Translations under genes and position numbers: made by a program
Shown here: in pieces, positions 62,730 through 64,000 of the stretch
Layout: every line of letters begins with the position of its first letter
How positions within the stretch are numbered: the stretch's first letter is position 1
Assembly: GCA_030390025.1 (NCBI GenBank)
Contig: CM059432.1
Span: 60,514,001 to 60,578,000 of the forward strand
DNA length: 64,000 nucleotides
Origin: Squalus acanthias
Lineage: Eukaryota
Reading direction: 5' to 3'
Notes under the pieces: generated by a model
What the model was told of the DNA's origin: nothing
Database searches by the model: none
Seen by the model: only the letters and a program-made list of their open reading frames with translations

Positions 62730-63318
62730 AATGACACCCAGCTGAATCTCTCCACTACCGCTCTCGACACCTCCCCTACCTCTGTGCTGTCAGATTACGT
62801 ATCTGACATCCAGTCTTGGATGAACTGCAACTTCCTCTAACTAAACATTGGGAAGAGCAAATCTATTGTCATCGGCTCCCACCACTGAGCTTCTGACGCA
62901 ATATCCTCTCCAACACAAAGACTGTCTACTTCCACTTCTGTAGCATTTTCCATCCCTACCTCAGTCCATGCAGCACTGAAACTCATTCATCCTTTATCAC
63001 CTCCACTCAATTACTGCAATACTCTCCTTGCCAGTCTCCCATCGTCCACCTGCCATAAACTTTAGCCATAAAATTCTGCTGCCCATATCCTATCCTACAC
63101 CAAGTCCTGCTTGCACATCATACATGTCCTCGCTGACCTGCATTGGCTCCCTGTACTCCAATGCCTCAACTTTAAAATTGTTATCCTCATGCTTAAAACC
63201 CTCCATGGCCTTGCCACTCCCCATCTGTATAATCTCTTCCAGTCTTACAATCTGCCTTGCACTCTCGGTTCTTCTAACTCTGCCCTATTGAGCATCCCCC
63301 CACTTTACTCCATCATTA
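62730..63318 (+). mobile_element. Old L2 fragment
   Basis: SDIQSWMNCNFL, LADLHWLPV..FKI. Confidence 0.78.
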
Positions 63319-64000
63319 TAAGCATATGAGGGAGAAGGGAATAGAAGTTATGCTGATAGAGTTAGATGAGGAAGGATGCGGGGAGGCTTGAGTAGAGCAT
63401 ATGAGGGTGAGGAATTTAATGTAATTAATATAATTAAAAGCCGACAAATCCCCTGCACCTGACAGCCTACATCCTAGGGTTCTAAAAGAGGTGGCTGAAG
63501 AGATGGTGGATGCATTGGTTTTGATCTTCCAAAATTCCCTAGATTCTAGAACGGTCCCAGCGGATTGGAAGGTTGCAAATGTAACACCGCTATTCAAGAA
63601 GGAGGGAGAGAGGAAACATGGAACTACAGGCCAGTTAGCCTGACATCAGTTGTCAGCGAAAATGCTGGAATCCATTGTTAAGGAAGTGGTATCAGGGGAC
63701 TTAGAAAATCATAACATGATTAGACAGAGTCAACATGGTTTTATGAAAGGGAAACAGTGTTTGACAAATTTATTAGAGTTTTTTGAGGATGTAACTAGCA
63801 GGGTAGATAAAGGGAAACCAGTGGATTAGTATATTTGGATTTCCAAAAGACATTCGATAAGGTGCCACATAAAAGGTTATTACACAAGATTAGGGCTCAT
63901 GGGGTTGGGGGTAATATAGTAGCATGGATAGAGGATTGGTTAACGGACAGAAAACAGAGAGTAGGGATAAACGGATCTTTTTCAGGTTGACGGACTGTAA
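63318..64000 (+). mobile_element. CR1 fragments (short 3' piece, then RT running off the window end)
   Basis: DKSPAPDSLHPRVLKE, DWKVANVTPLFK, QHGFMKGKQCLTNL. Confidence 0.9.

Noticed and set aside
1..64000. CRISPR array, prokaryotic operon, rRNA or LTR/viral genes
   Set aside because: None seen. No regular repeat-spacer pattern, and the DNA is eukaryotic intronic and TE sequence.

Overview
Vertebrate nuclear DNA. The repeat content (SacSINE1-like DeuSINEs, esterase-type CR1 LINEs, L2, Penelope-like elements, Harbingers) points to a cartilaginous fish, probably a shark; this is an inference. Two host genes lie head-to-head around a ~0.6-kb CpG-rich promoter at ~33.7-34.4 kb. On the minus strand is the 5' part of CCDC178: one probable non-coding exon and five coding exons with consistent splice phases. 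On the plus strand is ASXL3 coding exon 1 (MKDKRKKKDRTWAEAARL), followed by a long intron. The rest is mostly decayed and nested transposable elements, including a complete 5.1-kb two-gene PIF/Harbinger with TIRs and TSD. The most unusual object is a 3.3-kb single-ORF (endonuclease + RT) non-LTR retrotransposon at 11645-14925 (-). It starts with a tRNA-Gln-like head carrying Pol III A/B boxes and a duplicated anticodon arm. By my reading its sense strand has no TTTT run, the Pol III terminator. It is a candidate Pol III-transcribed, protein-coding LINE. All calls were made by eye without database searches, and TE boundaries are approximate unless a TIR or TSD is stated.
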